64,000 nucleotides of DNA from NCBI RefSeq assembly GCF_009914755.1, contig NC_060926.1; one strand, written 5' to 3'. Shown here in pieces: positions 63,231 through 64,000 of this stretch. Numbering within the stretch: the first letter of the stretch is position 1; each line of letters opens with the position of its first letter. The stretch is from the human T2T-CHM13v2.0 reference genome, Homo sapiens. The notes below the pieces were generated by a model, which saw only the letters and a list, made by a program, of their open reading frames with translations, had not been told where the DNA came from and searched no databases. A program made the position numbers and the translations under genes.

Positions 63231-63276
63231 TTATTTTCATGGTGCTAAGTGTTGAAAACTTTGTTAAGTGTAGTTC

Positions 63277-63362
63277 GTGGACCTAATAATAGAACCTTCC
63301 CTTCAAAGATGTCCATGTCCTAATCCCCAGAACCAGTGAATACCTTACCTCACATAGAAAAA
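63277..63362 (+). mobile_element. MLT1D-like LTR 5' end, interrupted by a young L1
   Basis: CAAAGATGTCCATGTCCTAATCCCCAGAACCAGTGAATACCTTACCTCACAT. Confidence 0.8.
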
Positions 63363-64000
63363 AACACTTCTAAAAGAAGACATTTATGCAGCCAAAAAAC
63401 ACGTGAAAAAATGCTCACCATCACTGGCCATCAGAGAAATGCAAATCAAAACCACAATGAGATACCATCTCACACCAGTTAGAATGGCAATCATTAAAAA
63501 GTCAGGAAACAACAGGTGCTGGAGAGGATGTGGAGAAATAGGAACACTTTTACACTGTTGGTGGGACTGTAAACTAGTTCAACCATTGTGGAAGTCAGTG
63601 TGGAGATTCCTTAGGGATCTAGAACTAGAAATACCATTTGGCCCAGCCATCCCATTACTGGGTATATACCCAAAGGACTATAAATCACGCTGCTATAAAG
63701 ACACATGCACAAGTATGTTTATTGCGGCACTATTCACAATAGCAAAGACTTGGAACCAACCCGAATGTCCAACAATGATAGACTGGATTAAGAAAATGTG
63801 GCACATATACACCATGGAATACTATGCAGCCATAAAAAATGATGAGTTCATGTCCTTTATAGGGACATGGATGAAATTGGAAATCATCATTCTCAGTAAA
63901 CTATCGCAAGGACAAAAAACCAAACACCGCATGTTCTCACTCATAGGTGGGAATTGAACAACGAGAACACATGGACACAGGAAGGGGAACATCACACTCT
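63363..64000 (+). mobile_element. 5'-truncated L1PA3-like element running off the window end
   Basis: Close to young L1 consensus; ATGCTCACCATCACTGG and CTCAGTAAACTATCGCAAGGACAAAAAACC diagnostics. Confidence 0.95.
63403..63957 (+). pseudogene. L1 ORF2p C-terminal 184 aa (CCHC zinc knuckle); frame open but no promoter or 5' part
   Basis: [18 protein letters not shown] motif; ends [11 protein letters not shown] followed by a stop. Confidence 0.93.

Overview
This is primate (human-like, probably hominoid) nuclear DNA, not prokaryotic. It is AT-rich, CpG-poor and dominated by interspersed repeats: about ten Alus, L1 copies of many ages (L1ME/MC/MA/PA), MaLR/ERV LTRs, an ERVL gag remnant, L2 and MIR. 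I find no supportable host protein-coding exon, RNA gene or CRISPR array. The recognisable ORFs are decayed L1 ORF1/ORF2 or ERVL gag, and the rest look like Alu-derived or chance frames. Subfamily names come from my recall of consensus sequences and need RepeatMasker/Dfam confirmation. I do not see a new gene system. The best signals are structural scars. (1) A head-to-head Alu pair at 29.4-30.0 kb has a 30-bp spacer that is the reverse complement of the two expected target-site duplications, so the spacer has been flipped, and both Alus map to one TT|AA nick position. (2) Two 5'-inverted (twin-primed) L1s have identifiable TSDs, and one lacks about 2.3 kb including the RT region. (3) A near-full-length ancient L1MC1 hosts the Alu pair and one of these L1s. 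(4) Several templated-insertion and hairpin fillers are present, including a roughly 90-bp copy of nearby DNA pasted into an L1.
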